Shown: positions 1 to 10,676 of the stretch, one piece after another | How the letters are laid out: each line of letters starts with the position of its first letter | How positions within the stretch are numbered: position 1 is the first letter of the stretch | NCBI GenBank assembly: GCA_049314435.1 | Contig: JBMOFD010000002.1 | Span: 1-54,595, forward strand | DNA: 54,595 nt | Source: Chlamydiia bacterium | GTDB taxonomy: Bacteria; Chlamydiota; Chlamydiia; Chlamydiales; JBMOFD01 | Direction of reading: 5' to 3' | Notes under the pieces: model-generated | What the model saw: only the letters and a program-made list of their open reading frames with translations | Databases searched by the model: none | Told to the model about the DNA's origin: nothing | Position numbers and translations under genes: made by a program

Positions 1-688
1 CTGCCCCAGACCGGGCTTAAGGATCTCACCTGTCTGAATTTTCCCGACCACTATACGTCGTGAAGTTGGCGTCTTCTGAGACTAGGGTGCCTTCCAAGGC
101 AAGTGAATCCAAGAGTCCTTCCACATGGGCTAGCTCTCCCCTATCTGAGTCAATCAAGATGGATGACACCGTGGTTCTAGACTCAGCGCTATACGCATTG
201 AGCATCTCAACATCTTGAGAGCTGAACTTCCACTTGGATCCTCGGAGCTTTCTACCATCCATGCAGATCTGCCTCGGCGGCCTCTTAGCCTTGACATCGA
301 CCTTGACCAACCAGGCGGTGAGAAGAGTCTTCAGCTGCTCGGGAGCTAGCATCATGAAGATGCGGCGGAAGGTATCATGGCTGGGAACCCCTGACTGAAT
401 GCCTAATTTCTCCTTTAGCCAGTCATGTTCTTCCTCACAAAACATGGCCATCTCTCGCCAACCCAAATGGCCGCAGAAAATGGCAATAGATGCCATCAGG
501 AGCACCTCAGTGAGCGAATATCTTTTCAGGTGATCCCTGCGTGGATCGTTGACTTCTTCGAGGTCTTTTCGGAGTTCTATTACATCGATTCGCATGCCAC
601 GGCCCTCATCCAGCCATGGCAGCCTACCTTCCGACAATTTTTAATGCGTCAGCTCTGGCCTAGGAGCTGGAACTGCCGTTAGAGCCTG
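1..688 (-). mobile_element. ISAs1-family insertion sequence remnant (left part; may continue beyond window start)
   Basis: Carries the transposase above. The minus strand reads CAGGCTCT from 688, resembling ISAs1 CAGG termini; this boundary is tentative. Confidence 0.5.
26..637 (-). pseudogene. ISAs1-family (H-repeat) transposase, prematurely terminated/frameshifted
   Basis: Motifs DPRR..KRYSLTEVLLM..AIFCG, GVPSHDTFRRIF and ICMDGRKLRGS are typical of ISAs1. The ORF stops just after the second catalytic Asp region (SEDANFTT) at about 200 aa, versus about 370 aa for a full-length enzyme. Confidence 0.85.
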
Positions 689-733
689 ACAGCTGGATGA
701 CTTGAGTGTGCTCATGCAGGACGGGTCATAGTC

Positions 734-1264
734 CTATGATGAAGCGAGCATCGTGACTGTGACTGTAGAGGTCAGAGGCCCGGGCGGTTGGGTCATGTCA
801 AGTGCGAAGGAGAATCCGATGTTGGCGCTGTTGTTCACCCACTGGATCTGATTGATCAATGTCGCAGAGGATCCGGCTGTTGATAGGGTGACTGGCTGAG
901 CTGCGGCGGTTCCTGGTTTGGCGCCGGTCAGCAGGCCCGTGTTGCTAATCCCTGAAACTGCAACCAGGACACTTCCTCTGGCTGGTGGTGTGGTGAGCGT
1001 TGCTTGGATGATTTGTGGCACAGCTGCATTCGTGGCATAGGCTAGAGTGGCCGATGGAAAACTCAATAGGTAGGTTTGGTTGCTGCCCACAGTAAACGAA
1101 GAGGTGGGGCTGCTAAAATTGGTTGTGGAGAGCGAGACCTCCTGAATGGCCGGAATAGTCCCTGATAGAGTCACGACAGCGCTAGATAGGGCATACGCTG
1201 TGGGCTGCGCAATCAACAGAGCCCCGAGGAGCGTGTGAATCTTTTGGCCAATCTTCTTGCTCAT
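734..1264 (-). CDS. Secreted Ser/Thr-rich beta-sandwich protein, pilin/fimbrial subunit-like
   Basis: Signal peptide (MSKKIGQKIHTLLGALLIAQPTAYA), then AVVTLSGTIP, and an alternating C-terminal strand STVTVTM. ATG at 1264 preferred over 1327. Confidence 0.55.
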   Translation of the reverse strand: MSKKIGQKIHTLLGALLIAQPTAYALSSAVVTLSGTIPAIQEVSLSTTNFSSPTSSFTVGSNQTYLLSFPSATLAYATNAAVPQIIQATLTTPPARGSVLVAVSGISNTGLLTGAKPGTAAAQPVTLSTAGSSATLINQIQWVNNSANIGFSFALDMTQPPGPLTSTVTVTMLASS

Positions 1265-1417
1265 ATTATCCAACCTATGTCCATAGTCCCCAGCGGAGTG
1301 GATCTTCAATTTACGACGTTGATCCATCCAGCATCAGGCTCGTTCTCTATGTAGCACTTTTGAAAGACTTCTGCAGCTTTTGTTTGAACGTATTGATACT
1401 ACGAGGCTAATGGAGGA

Positions 1418-1888
1418 CTAGCCTCCCGTTGCGATTGTCAATGTGATCGAGGAGCTGAACGACACTGCTGGACTAGTAAAAGGAACAATGCCGAGCACAA
1501 GGATCTGAGCCAGACCCTGGCATGATCCGATGTTGCGAATGAGCACGCAACTTTGGTTAGGCTGTAGTAGCTGTTTCCCGGTAGATTGGCCCGCCTGTTG
1601 CATGGGTGTAGATTGCGACTGGATCACGGCTTGGACTTGCAGAGCTCCTGGGATGTTATCTATCGAGCGAGTCACTGAGATCGAGGCAGCAGCGGTCTCA
1701 GTGCTGGTGTAGTAGATCTGGGTGCTAGAGGGACCCACCCCTGGGGGCGTCCATCCAGGGAATGCAATGGCCAGGGAGATTTGAGGCGGTACAGCCGTTA
1801 AAGAGAGAATGGCTCGGGTTGGACGCCAGAGCCCTAAAGCTAGGAGAAACACGAGAGGGGCGGTGTGAAGGCTGCTCCAGGCTTGCAT
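1418..1888 (-). CDS. Secreted pilin-like protein, paralog of 734..1264
   Basis: Hydrophobic N-terminus (PLVFLLALGLW..TRA). AGQSTGKQLL..SCVLIRNI aligns with PGTAAAQPVTL..SATLINQI of the neighbour. C-terminal strand SSITLTIATG. Confidence 0.5.
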   Translation of the reverse strand: MQAWSSLHTAPLVFLLALGLWRPTRAILSLTAVPPQISLAIAFPGWTPPGVGPSSTQIYYTSTETAAASISVTRSIDNIPGALQVQAVIQSQSTPMQQAGQSTGKQLLQPNQSCVLIRNIGSCQGLAQILVLGIVPFTSPAVSFSSSITLTIATGG

Positions 1889-2237
1889 AGATGAACCGCT
1901 AGGGCCTCGAATTTGTGGGCGTTGAGGGATGCGATGAGCTGGAGTTCGTGCATCCGAGTGAGTCTGAGTACTCGAATTCGAGCGATTCTATAGGCTCGAG
2001 TCCCAGTATCCCGTAGACGGTGAGTTCTGTCTAGGTTCACCTCATTGGTGCGCTCGCTTCGCGAGCGCACCAGCTTCTGACTTTATTCAGGAGTCATTGA
2101 CAAGAGAACCATAGATGAGATCTGCTGCTCAGCTGACGCAAGAGGGCCGTGCTATAGCGTATAGCGCCCTCATGGACTCCAAAAAAACACCCCACTATGA
2201 TGACAATTCATCCCGAGCTTTTGGAGGCCCTGTGGAA

Positions 2238-2672
2238 ATGGACATGGTGCGATGGTTGGCGGTACTCACCGCAGCTATTGCAGGCACAATGATTGGCGGT
2301 ATTTGGTATTCGCCGCAGGTGTTAGGCACTCGTTGGATGCGAGCAGCCTCGTTTACCGATCGGGAGCTGGAGCAGCTGAAAGCTCGTGGAATGGCAAAGT
2401 CCTACCTTCTGTGTTTTGTATCCGCCATCGTCATGGCTTTTGTTTTGGGCTGTCAGCTCCAAATGTGGGGACAGGTGATGCCAGGCCCATCGTGGCTGAT
2501 GGCGATCAAGGGTGCGTGCTGGAACTGGCTGGGCTTCATTGCTCCCGTGACGCTGAGCCCTGTCCTATGGATGGGACGGCCCTGGTCTCTCTTCTTCATC
2601 AGCGGGGGATACTATCTTCTGTCCATGCTCTCGATGGCCTTCATCCTCGTTTACTTCGCACAACTACTCTGA
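2238..2672 (+). CDS. DUF1761-family membrane protein
   Basis: WLAVLTAAI..IGGIWYSP..LG.RWM and W.G..W.LFFI.GGY motifs, four hydrophobic segments, GGAGG at 2223. Confidence 0.8.
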   Translation: MDMVRWLAVLTAAIAGTMIGGIWYSPQVLGTRWMRAASFTDRELEQLKARGMAKSYLLCFVSAIVMAFVLGCQLQMWGQVMPGPSWLMAIKGACWNWLGFIAPVTLSPVLWMGRPWSLFFISGGYYLLSMLSMAFILVYFAQLL

Positions 2673-2790
2673 GAGTCGAGCTTGTCAGCAGCCTTGCTTG
2701 GCTCAAGCAAGGCTGCCGGCCAACTGGTTGCTACCGCAAAATACCTGCCAGCCCTAAACAAGAGGATAGACCCATACCAGGGAATCCTCC

Positions 2791-3714
2791 ATGTCGTCGC
2801 ATATCCGTGATGTCTCATATGAGCCATGGCCAGCCTTCTCGGCAGAAGAATTCAAAACGACCTCTCATCTCCTGCATATGTGCACCCAGGTGATGGGGAA
2901 GTTGATGCTGACCCAGCCCTTTGAGCCCCATTGGGCCAACTTGGCCATGCCTATCACAAGCCGTGGCGTCAGCACAGGTATGATCCCATATCAAAAGGGC
3001 GCCTTCTCTATTGACCTCGACTGCATCGACCACAAGCTGATCTTCACAGCAACCTGGGGTGCGAAGGCTGAGATGGCCATGGGCTCGATGTCGGTGGCTG
3101 AGTTGACTGCCAAGATGTTCCAGGCTCTGAAGGACATTGGGGTAGATCTGAAGATCAAGCAAGCTCCCCAGGAAGTCTCTCATCCCATCGATTTCAACCG
3201 CGACACGGAGGCAAGTGCCTACAATGCACCGGTCGTCAATGCCTGGTGGCGCATCTTGGTGAGCACCACCAGGGTGCTTATGGTCTACCACTCCAAGTTC
3301 TTTGGGATCACGCCGAGGATAGGGCTCTTCTGGGGGACACTGGACCTGAGGGATGCCCGATATAAGGGAACTCCTCTTCCGATCACAAAGGAGACCTCCA
3401 GCTTTATCGGTCGCAACGCGATGGATGATGCCCAGTTTGAGGTAGGTTGGTCAGCCAGCAATGAGAAGTACCTTACGCCTTCGTTCTTTGCATTGGCCTT
3501 TCCCAAGCCCGATGGCCTTGAGCAGGCTCGTGTCGAGCCAGCGGGTACGAAGTGGATATCTGCTATCGGTGAGTGGGTGCTGGACTACGATGAGCTTCGT
3601 CGTTCTAAAGACCCCGATGCCGAACTACTCCGATTCTTCGAATCGAACTATCAGGCAGTGGCGGAGCTCGGAAAATGGAATCCCAAACTCATCGGTAGTG
3701 GAAAACCTGTGTAG
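2791..3714 (+). CDS. DUF5996 (Ava_C0101-like) protein
   Basis: LHMCTQVMGK, HW, FWGTLDL and EWVLDYDELRRSKDPDAELLRFFESNY match the family pattern. Confidence 0.8.
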   Translation: MSSHIRDVSYEPWPAFSAEEFKTTSHLLHMCTQVMGKLMLTQPFEPHWANLAMPITSRGVSTGMIPYQKGAFSIDLDCIDHKLIFTATWGAKAEMAMGSMSVAELTAKMFQALKDIGVDLKIKQAPQEVSHPIDFNRDTEASAYNAPVVNAWWRILVSTTRVLMVYHSKFFGITPRIGLFWGTLDLRDARYKGTPLPITKETSSFIGRNAMDDAQFEVGWSASNEKYLTPSFFALAFPKPDGLEQARVEPAGTKWISAIGEWVLDYDELRRSKDPDAELLRFFESNYQAVAELGKWNPKLIGSGKPV

Positions 3715-3717
3715 CAT
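3586..3717 (+). repeat. Direct repeat copy A (3' end of the DUF5996 gene)
   Basis: Homologous to 5309..5432; 3641-3690 and 5356-5405 match at 49 of 50 nt. Confidence 0.9.
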
Positions 3718-3754
3718 GTTGACGGAGGATGGAGTTGCGGCCTAGATGCCAAGG

Positions 3755-5188
3755 TCACAGCTCGGCGATGTCGATCATGCGGTAGAAATAGCGACTGTCC
3801 AAAAGACTGTCTGAGAGCGGGCCTAGGTGTAGTAGCACGGGCGCGACTCCAAAGCCCTTTGGTGGGGCCAGGGCTGTCACCTTGGCTTCCATTGCATCGA
3901 CGACCTCGAGCCCCAATTCACGGCGACGCATCTTGACTTCACACACGAATAGGGTGTTCGAATGAGTTTGAATGAGATAGTCAATTTGACAGCCTTTCTT
4001 TCGGAGGGTTGCCCTTTGACAATAGGGATTGTCGTTCGCAATGTCCTGAGCATGAATTCCCAGGGCCTGGTAGACAAGCCGCCTGTTCTTCAAGAGAAGA
4101 TTCTCGAGTTGAAATCCCAGCATCGTTTCCCATCCCGGCAGGCTAGAAAGAGGGGTGTCGAAAAAACTTCCTTGTTCAATTTTGGCAAGATTGGGCTCTA
4201 TATAGTGGATGTAGAATCGGATATAGTTGTCGGAAAGGCGGTATAGAGTTGATTTGCTTGTTTTGCCGGTGTCCAGGGACCATTCTGGATGCTGGGTGAT
4301 AAACCCGCAGATTTCAAGGGCTTTGAGATATTGGCTAAGCGTCCCACTGGCGGCATAGGATAGCGTTCTCTGAAGAGTTGCCCGATCCTTCATGCCTTGG
4401 CTGAGAGCTCTAATGATCTTCTTGTAGATTTCTCCTCTCGAGCTGAAGAGGTCATCAAAGATCCGACCAAACTCATGGACCAACATACCGTGTTTAACAA
4501 AGCAGAGGCGCTTGATGTTTTCATCGGCAGTTTCATGAGACTGGATCTGCTCTAGATACCATGGCACTCCTCCGACGGCGCAAAGAATTTTGAAAACATC
4601 CAGATCCGATCCCCTGAATCCATTAAGACGCAGGAGCTCCTTGCATTTGGGGATGCTCAGCTCGGTTAGTTCTAAGTAGAGGGAGACGCGCCCAAAAAAG
4701 GCGGTGCTGTTAATGATATTTTTATCAATCCAGGTCGAGATGGAGCCACACAGAATGAGCACGAGAGAGGGATGCTTTTCCAGGACAAGGTCCCACCAGA
4801 CCTTCAACTTAGGCAGGAACGTTGGATCTTTAGATCCCATCCATGAAATTTCATCGAAGAGGATGACAGTTGGGTTCTTGGTGAGATGCATGGATAAGTA
4901 GGCAAAGGCATCACTCCAATCGGTGAAGGTAAGAGAGGGGAGGCGCAGCAGAGCTGTTAGCTTCTTCGCAAAGTCGTCTCTTTGCTTCTGTGCCGTGACC
5001 CCTTTCACTGGAGGTAGTCCACTGAAGGATAGGAACTCCTTCCCTTTGCCAAATTCCTCGGCAAGGCGACTCTTGCCGATTCGACGGCGCCCCTTGATGA
5101 CGGCCAAGCAGGCGCGCCCCGACCTAGAGAGAAGGTCGTTCAGAGCTTGTAGTTCGTACTCTCTTCCAACAAACGGCTTCATGTTCAT
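3755..5188 (-). CDS. AAA-family ATPase (archaeal-ATPase type) with winged helix and C-terminal PD-(D/E)xK (DUF234-like) domain
   Basis: FVGREYEL, Walker A GRRRIGKS, Walker B ILFDEI, LILCGS, GGVPWYL, C-terminal QIDYLIQ..VCEVK. Confidence 0.85.
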   Translation of the reverse strand: MNMKPFVGREYELQALNDLLSRSGRACLAVIKGRRRIGKSRLAEEFGKGKEFLSFSGLPPVKGVTAQKQRDDFAKKLTALLRLPSLTFTDWSDAFAYLSMHLTKNPTVILFDEISWMGSKDPTFLPKLKVWWDLVLEKHPSLVLILCGSISTWIDKNIINSTAFFGRVSLYLELTELSIPKCKELLRLNGFRGSDLDVFKILCAVGGVPWYLEQIQSHETADENIKRLCFVKHGMLVHEFGRIFDDLFSSRGEIYKKIIRALSQGMKDRATLQRTLSYAASGTLSQYLKALEICGFITQHPEWSLDTGKTSKSTLYRLSDNYIRFYIHYIEPNLAKIEQGSFFDTPLSSLPGWETMLGFQLENLLLKNRRLVYQALGIHAQDIANDNPYCQRATLRKKGCQIDYLIQTHSNTLFVCEVKMRRRELGLEVVDAMEAKVTALAPPKGFGVAPVLLHLGPLSDSLLDSRYFYRMIDIAEL

Positions 5189-5215
5189 GAGTCTATATTA
5201 GGCAAGTTGGTTCAG

Positions 5216-5270
5216 TCAAGCTATCCTGCTCGAAATCGACAAAATGTCGATTTCGAGCAGGATAGCTTGA
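5216..5270. promoter_or_regulatory. Perfect palindrome (26-bp arms, AAA loop) upstream of the ATPase; probable operator
   Basis: TCAAGCTATCCTGCTCGAAATCGACA-AAA-TGTCGATTTCGAGCAGGATAGCTTGA, about 27 bp upstream of the ATPase start. Confidence 0.75.
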
Positions 5271-5308
5271 TTTCAGAGCATGGGAATGTGCCGACGGTCA
5301 ACCGTACA

Positions 5309-5432
5309 TACGATGGCTTCTTCGCTCCAGCAATCCAGATCCGTTCGAGTCTTCAAATCGAACTACCAGGCAGTGGCGGAGCTCGGAAAATGGAATCCCA
5401 AACTCCTCGGGAGTGGGAACCTTGTGTAGCAT
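5309..5432 (+). repeat. Direct repeat copy A' (decayed duplicate of the DUF5996 3' end)
   Basis: Contains CAGGCAGTGGCGGAGCTCGGAAAATGGAATCCCAAACTC, identical to 3652-3690. Confidence 0.9.
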
Positions 5433-5453
5433 TCGAGCAGGCTGGCCGGGTCT

Positions 5454-5537
5454 AGCTATCTTGCTCGAAACAGGCAAAATGTCGATTTCGAGCAAGATAG
5501 CGAAAATTCAGGCCCTGGAAATGTACTGACGGTCGAC
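5454..5537. repeat. Degenerate second copy of 5219..5302 (palindrome plus flank)
   Basis: Ungapped alignment at offset 235. 16-bp arms GCTATCTTGCTCGAAA / TTTCGAGCAAGATAGC are retained. Confidence 0.85.
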
Positions 5538-5630
5538 TCGGCAATCGCTTAGATCCGCGCTCGAGGAGCAGCTAGTCCGAGATGTCTGGTTGCTGTAGAC
5601 CGGTGGGTGTTTGGACTAGCATGGCGGGAG

Positions 5631-5675
5631 AAACAAAAAGGGGGGGCCCGGCCGGTCTTGGCTGGGTCCCCCTTC
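5631..5675 (-). terminator. Rho-independent terminator of groES-groEL
   Basis: The minus strand has a GC-rich stem (GGGGGACCCAGCC...GGCCGGGCCCCCC) followed by TTTTTGTTT, just after the groEL stop. Confidence 0.75.
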
Positions 5676-5697
5676 TGTCTTCAGGCGTCAGAGCGGT

Positions 5698-7655
<1,958 letters not shown>

Positions 7656-7717
7656 GGTACCTCCTGCTGGTTTGAACCCCCGATCATAGACGGGGCTCCC
7701 TTTTTTTCCCATGATAT

Positions 7718-7744
7718 TTAGCAGACTAAAGCCTCGTTTGCTAA
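7718..7744 (-). promoter_or_regulatory. CIRCE element (HrcA operator)
   Basis: TTAGCAAAC-N9-GTCTGCTAA (minus strand) upstream of groES; the consensus is TTAGCACTC-N9-GAGTGCTAA. Confidence 0.85.
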
Positions 7745-7906
7745 GTAGGCGTGCTGGCCCCGCTAGAGGGTGGCGCTCAGTTGGACAAATCCTGAGGGTA
7801 TGTGCCAGAGTATGGCGATCTTCTTCCCTGAAGGGGAGAAAGGGGCGGCTGGACTAGCGGCTCTCATAGATGGGCGCCCCTGATGGGGGTCGATAGGTGG
7901 TGTGAT

Positions 7907-9703
7907 ATGGTCGGCGATCGTGGTGATTTACCTCCGGCGTATGTATGGGATCTCACAGCTCTCTGTCCCTCGGCGGGGGATTGGGAAATGGAGATGAAGC
8001 GGCTGGATGAGCAAAGATTAGCTTCCTGGTCGAGAGTGAATCTCTTTCGGGGTCGGTTGACTGATGTCACTACGATCTGTGCCGCCCTGGGTGAGTACTT
8101 CTCGATCCAGCGCGTCTTGGGCAAGCTCTGTACCTACGCTATGTTGCGTCACGACGAGGACCTTTCGCACACGCTGCATGGGGGGATGCGGGAGCGCTCC
8201 CACATCATGGAGATGTCCTTGAGGGAGTCTACTAGCTGGTTAGAGCCTGAGCTGGTGGCTCTTGAGGAGGGGCTGTGGCAAGAGCTGCTCAAGGCGAGCG
8301 AGGCGGCTCCCTATCGGCAGTGGCTCAGGCAGCTCCATCACACCAAGGCGCATGTTCTCCCTCCTGGAGAGGAGCGTCTCATGGCCATGGCGGGTATGGC
8401 CCTAGCAGCGCCGAAGAAGGCGTTCACGGCCCTGAACAACGTCGACCTCCAATTTGGGGAGGTGCTCGACGGAGAAGGTCAGAAACGGCAGCTGACCCAC
8501 GGGCTGTATCAGGTCTATATGAAGAGTCAGGACCGCGTTCTTCGAGAAAATGCATTTACAGGCCTATTTGAGCAGTATGGGCAGCATCTGCATACCATTA
8601 CGGAGCTCCTGAATGGGGAGATGCAGAGCCAACTATTTCAGGCTCGAGGGCACCGATATAGAACCTGCCTTGAAGCCGCGCTCATGCCCTTGGACATACC
8701 GGAATCGGTCTATACCGATCTTCTGGAGGTGGTGCACGAGTACAGTCATGTATTGCACCGTTATGTGGAGCTGCGTAGGCGTATTCTTGGTCTTACTGAG
8801 CTCCATAGCTACGATCTGCATGTGCCGCTAGTTCAAGAGGTACAGTTAGACATCCCCTATGAACAGGCCTGCCAATGGGTCATCGAGTCGGTCGCTCCCC
8901 TAGGGGAGGAGTATCAGGCGGCCGTTCGGCATGGGTTGATGGAGGGGCGATGGGTGGATGTGCATGAGGCGAAGGGCAAGCGATCTGGGGCCTACTCAAG
9001 CGGTTGCTACGACAGTCCGCCTTACGTCTTGATGAACTACCGGGGGACTCTGACAGACGTCTTCACGTTGGCCCATGAGATTGGGCACAGCATGCATTCG
9101 TTCCTGTCGAATCGCAATAACAGCTACGCAGAAGCTCCCTACACGTTGTTCGCCGCTGAAGTGGCCTCTACGCTCAATGAGCAGTTGCTCTTCGACCTCC
9201 TGCTTAAGACCCTGACCTCGCCACAACAGCAGGTATACCTGCTTAACCAAAAGCTGGAAGAGATCCGCTCGACCCTTCTTCGACAGACGCTCTTTGCCGA
9301 GTTCGAGCTGTGGCTGCATCAGCAAGTGGAGGAAGGCATTCCACTGAGTGTAGAGTCATTGAATGAGAAGTACCGCGCCCTGATCCACGTCTATTATGGG
9401 GATGCGCTCTTCCTCGATCCAGCGATCGCTTGGGAGTGGTCGAGGATTCCCCATTTCTACTACGGCTATTACGTCTATCAGTACGCCACGGGCCTCAGCT
9501 GTGCGCTCTCTTTCCATCAGCAGATTGTGAAAGAGGGTAGGCCAGCGATTGAGCGGTACCTGCGGTTCCTCAAGTCAGGAGGCTCCAAATTTCCGGTAGA
9601 GATTCTCGAACAATCGGGCGTCGATATCAGGCATGGAGGTGCCGTCCGAGCCGCTTTGGAAGAGTTTGAAGGACTCGTCGAACAGCTCTCAAAGAAGCTC
9701 TAG
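7907..9703 (+). CDS. pepF: Oligoendopeptidase F (M3B)
   Basis: WDLT near the N-terminus, GKRSGAYSSG, TLAHEIGHSMHS (HExxH), AEVAST, RIPHFY..YVYQYATG. Alternative start at 7883. Confidence 0.96.
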   Translation: MVGDRGDLPPAYVWDLTALCPSAGDWEMEMKRLDEQRLASWSRVNLFRGRLTDVTTICAALGEYFSIQRVLGKLCTYAMLRHDEDLSHTLHGGMRERSHIMEMSLRESTSWLEPELVALEEGLWQELLKASEAAPYRQWLRQLHHTKAHVLPPGEERLMAMAGMALAAPKKAFTALNNVDLQFGEVLDGEGQKRQLTHGLYQVYMKSQDRVLRENAFTGLFEQYGQHLHTITELLNGEMQSQLFQARGHRYRTCLEAALMPLDIPESVYTDLLEVVHEYSHVLHRYVELRRRILGLTELHSYDLHVPLVQEVQLDIPYEQACQWVIESVAPLGEEYQAAVRHGLMEGRWVDVHEAKGKRSGAYSSGCYDSPPYVLMNYRGTLTDVFTLAHEIGHSMHSFLSNRNNSYAEAPYTLFAAEVASTLNEQLLFDLLLKTLTSPQQQVYLLNQKLEEIRSTLLRQTLFAEFELWLHQQVEEGIPLSVESLNEKYRALIHVYYGDALFLDPAIAWEWSRIPHFYYGYYVYQYATGLSCALSFHQQIVKEGRPAIERYLRFLKSGGSKFPVEILEQSGVDIRHGGAVRAALEEFEGLVEQLSKKL

Positions 9704-9721
9704 AGGCTAACTAGAGTATGG

Positions 9722-10246
9722 CTAGAAGCTAGTGAAGAAGCGATTTTGAGCGAGATGAAGGAGGGCTTGGATCGCTTCTTGGGCGTCCTCTCCCTCAGCC
9801 TCTATGACGATACGGCTGCCCTTTCCGGCGGCCAGTGTCAAAATCCCAAGTAGGGACTTAGCGTTCACCGAGGTTTTTTGGTACCGCAAGGCAATGTGGG
9901 AGCGAAAGTTGCTTGCGCACTTGACGAGCTCAGTGGACGGACGGGTGTGGAGCCCTTTGGCATTGCCTACCGTGAAGCTCGCCTTCACCTTTTGATGGAG
10001 CGAAGGGGCCCCACAGGTGTTGAGGAGGGAGAGAGCTGGTTCGGGCGATGCCTTCACGTCCAGATGAGGTTCGAAGCCATGGGAATCGACATGGCTCAAC
10101 AGCGTAGACGTAGAATGGCTCCTAAATTTGGTGCGCGCAAGTGGCCCCGCGCGCTTCTTCCGTCGAGAAGGCGGGGAAGAGGCCTCCTCTTGAGGAAGAG
10201 CGCCTTCTATCGGCAAATGAGCCGGGTGAGGGGACCAATCCGACAT
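9722..10246 (-). CDS. ptsH: Phosphocarrier protein HPr, possibly with a long N-terminal extension
   Basis: GLHTRP (His15) and NAKSLLGILTL (Ser46) in the C-terminal ~90 aa. Start codon uncertain. Confidence 0.88.
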   Translation of the reverse strand: MSDWSPHPAHLPIEGALPQEEASSPPSRRKKRAGPLARTKFRSHSTSTLLSHVDSHGFEPHLDVKASPEPALSLLNTCGAPSLHQKVKASFTVGNAKGLHTRPSTELVKCASNFRSHIALRYQKTSVNAKSLLGILTLAAGKGSRIVIEAEGEDAQEAIQALLHLAQNRFFTSF

Positions 10247-10676
10247 GCTATATGGGGCCCGCCTCTACGGAAGATGGTTCGAAAAGTAGATGAGTCGCTG
10301 GATGCGAGTGCATTTGCGTCAACATCCATTCCAGATCCACTAGACAAGGCAGCCAGTCTAGACCGGCTGCCTTGTGCATCAGAGCCCCTGTGTGAAGAAG
10401 ATGCAACATAGGGAGTGGCCGCTGTTTCGACATCTTCCGCTTCTTCTCCAACATGGCGCACAGTCCTCTCTAGCTGTTGACCGATCAGGGCCCCTATTCC
10501 GGCCCATGTTCCTCCCCGAGTAAGGGAGAGATCGAGGGTCGACACACAGCGTATTGGAAAGGTTAAGGCATCTTCGAGATCTGTCAAAGCTTCGATTGTG
10601 GCCTTTATGAAGATGATGGAACCATCGAGGAGTCGCTCTAGATGGGAAGAGCGGCTGGGCAGGCTTGCTGGATGGT

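Noticed and set aside
2252..2893. 213-aa overlapping ORF and other shadow ORFs (e.g. 7037..7555, 9878..10411, 24887..25441, 25131..25679, 35965..36546)
   Set aside because: Out-of-frame or antisense to well-supported genes; expected in GC-rich DNA.
5207..5495. ORFs 5207..5455 and 5298..5495
   Set aside because: They arise from the palindromes and the duplicated gene end; no protein signal.
5216..5537. CRISPR array or integron attC array
   Set aside because: Only two long copies, no regular spacers, no cas or intI gene, and no GTTRRRY core or extrahelical-base pattern.
7656..7712. Long GroES N-terminus from the ORF track
   Set aside because: The RBS supports the GTG at 7655, and the longer start abuts CIRCE.
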